DNA of 64,000 nucleotides from the NCBI GenBank assembly GCA_016748015.1, contig JAAOMT010000312.1, positions 46,743-110,742 of the forward strand. Reading direction: 5' to 3'. The DNA comes from Geosiphon pyriformis uo1 (lineage: Eukaryota > Fungi > Glomeromycota). A program made the translations under genes and the position numbers. Positions 62,283-64,000 of this stretch are shown here, piece after piece; within the stretch, counting starts at the first letter, position 1; the number at the start of each line of letters is the position of its first letter. The notes under the pieces are model-generated. The model was not told where the DNA came from, ran no database searches, and worked only from the letters and a program-made list of their open reading frames with translations.

Positions 62283-63202
62283 TTATCTAATGATTAGATT
62301 AATATTAATTGAAAACCTTTCTGAAAATGATAATACTTTGATGATTTATTACGTGGTAACGTGACTTTAATGATTGCTGATTGGCTAAAATCTGATTGAT
62401 CGGCATCCGAAAATTAAAGATTTATAATAAAAGTGGCTAATTTTAAACTTTAATAACTTTATAAAATATAATATAATTCAAAAAATTAAACTTAATCTAT
62501 CATATTTACAGTTTAGTTTTTTAATATTATTAAAATTGGAAGACTAGATACAATTTAAAATTATATAAATTGTTTGATGACTATAAATGGTTTGCACCAT
62601 AGTATATTTTTGATCATATTTATTATACAAGTTTGTCATATTATGCCATATATTTATAATGCATGTATTTATAATTATGCATCATGCATAGCATATTATT
62701 ATAATGTGAAATAACATTATTATGGAATGTCTGATTGCATATCTCACCAGGGGGGGAGGAATGGTTCTATAGTAATCAATAATGACGTGATATATGTTCG
62801 TCCCCTTATTATTTTACTTATTTTAATCCCTGAAGATTTACATAGCATATACAAAGAACTGTTGCTTCGATATTCTATAATTTCGGAGAAGTTTATAAAA
62901 AAGATGATTCATTTTTAGTCGCACTCTCCTTTTTTGATTTAGGCTAGAGTTCAAGCAACAATTATTTTGTGGCAGGAAAGCACATTATATAGGATTTCTT
63001 TTAAAGAAATTTTAAATCCTAAATTTTATTTCGTTTGAAATATGATTATAATATTAATAATCAATTTTGTTCTATATAACATTTATATAAAATTGCTTAA
63101 GACAAATTGAAAAAGCTCATCGGGGATTCTTCCACTTTATTCAATTTATAATTTTATGAAAATTGGAAATCTATGCTTTGAAAAGCTTAAAAAAAATCGA
63201 AT

Positions 63203-64000
63203 TCATTCCCGGGGCTCAAAAATGGTCATATGCTTCATCCCAAGTAGTCTTATAGCTTGATATTTATTATTATTCTTTATGTACCGTTCAATACTCACTA
63301 AAAACATTTCAGCTTCTAAATAAGCTTTCCAGCCGCTTTTTGAAGCCAGAAGGACGCTGAAATTACATTCGTCATGCAAGATCATACCTAAATTGAATTG
63401 AACTTTCCCATCCCTTTGCATTTGGATGATAACATAAAAAAATCAATTTATTTATAATTAAGAAAATAGTTTTGTAGTTCAAATATTACACTAGCTTTAT
63501 TCATATTAAATGAAATATTATACATATTTAAAATTTAAATCATGTTTAATTACATTGTTATCAATTGAATTAACATTATTAATTGAATGTTTATTTTGTC
63601 CAACATACATACAATTTTATTTTTCTAATATGAGCGTAAAAATTTTTTAAAATGCTTTTAATAAAAAAGCTAAGATTAAGTACATATTAGATACATTGCA
63701 TAGAATAAAGGTCTATATTTTATACTTGCGACCGTCAGGGTTTTTACCAATTGGTACCTTCATCGGACTATGAAACATCGGCTTGATCATTTTTATCTTC
63801 TCAGATTTTGTCTGGTTGACATTCTTTCTTATGGCAGACTGATAATGAACAGCTCCCTTATCAACAATAACCTGAACAAATACATCACGATTAATTATAA
63901 TGTACAGATAATATCTACGTAATTAATCATACTTACCTTAATTGTGTTCAGAATTTGATAGCACCCTAAAATGGTGCCCCACGAAGTATAACCTTCTGGG
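63203..64000 (-). CDS. 3' exons of an unidentified intron-containing host gene (continues beyond window)
   Basis: Exon-like frames PEGYTSWGTILGCYQILNTIK|gtaagt, ag|VIVDKGAVHYQSAIRK...PDGR and ORF 63203-63421; CpG retained. No recognisable domain. Confidence 0.45.

Larger units (their letters stand above)
56478..62599. mobile_element. Putative Tc1/mariner(IS630)-superfamily DNA transposon with 27-bp TIRs and TA flanks, carrying host-gene cargo
   Basis: TA|tagtacaaaccatttataatcattaaa (56478-56504) and tttgatgactataaatggtttgcacca|TA (62573-62599): 23/27 match, all mismatches transitions. Encloses transposase and bromo-BAH gene. Confidence 0.68.

Noticed and set aside
62727-62918. 63-aa ORF present twice (also 55664-55855)
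   Set aside because: Near-identity just reflects the inverted duplication; no recognisable domain or splice support.
55576-63006. Treating the 905-bp inverted arms as the true TIRs of one element
   Set aside because: No TSD (gagat vs aaatt flanks). The arms include the cargo gene's last codons and an internal TA-flanked 27-bp TIR, which fits a secondary duplication better. Kept only as an alternative.

Overview
Very AT-rich eukaryotic (fungal, Glomeromycotina/Geosiphon-like by inference) genomic DNA with spliceosomal introns. About 85% is decayed transposable element sequence. 1-6060: two LINE remnants (minus). 6062-~39970: a nested pile of non-chromoviral Ty3/Gypsy LTR retrotransposons. A full-length element A (7280-29004) has a full-length element B (13862-25691) inserted in its RNase H. 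Both show the layout gag-PR-[Cys-rich domain]-dUTPase-RT-RH-IN-[extra 3' ORF]. Several solo LTRs with 4-bp TSDs and further partial elements are also present. 41889-48066: two intact intron-containing host genes (YPP1/TTC7-like TPR protein; ERI1-like SAP+DEDDh exoribonuclease). 49150-55575: more LINE and Gypsy fragments. 56478-62599: a TA-flanked element with 27-bp TIRs containing a decayed Tc1/mariner(IS630)-type DDE transposase. Head-to-head with it lies a decayed intron-containing bromodomain+BAH (RSC1/2/4-like) chromatin-reader gene, and a ~905-bp inverted duplication of the element's right end sits on its left. This cargo-carrying transposon is the most novel-looking system in the window. 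Repeats are riddled with C>T/G>A transitions while host genes keep their CpGs. Coordinates of decayed features are approximate (read by eye).
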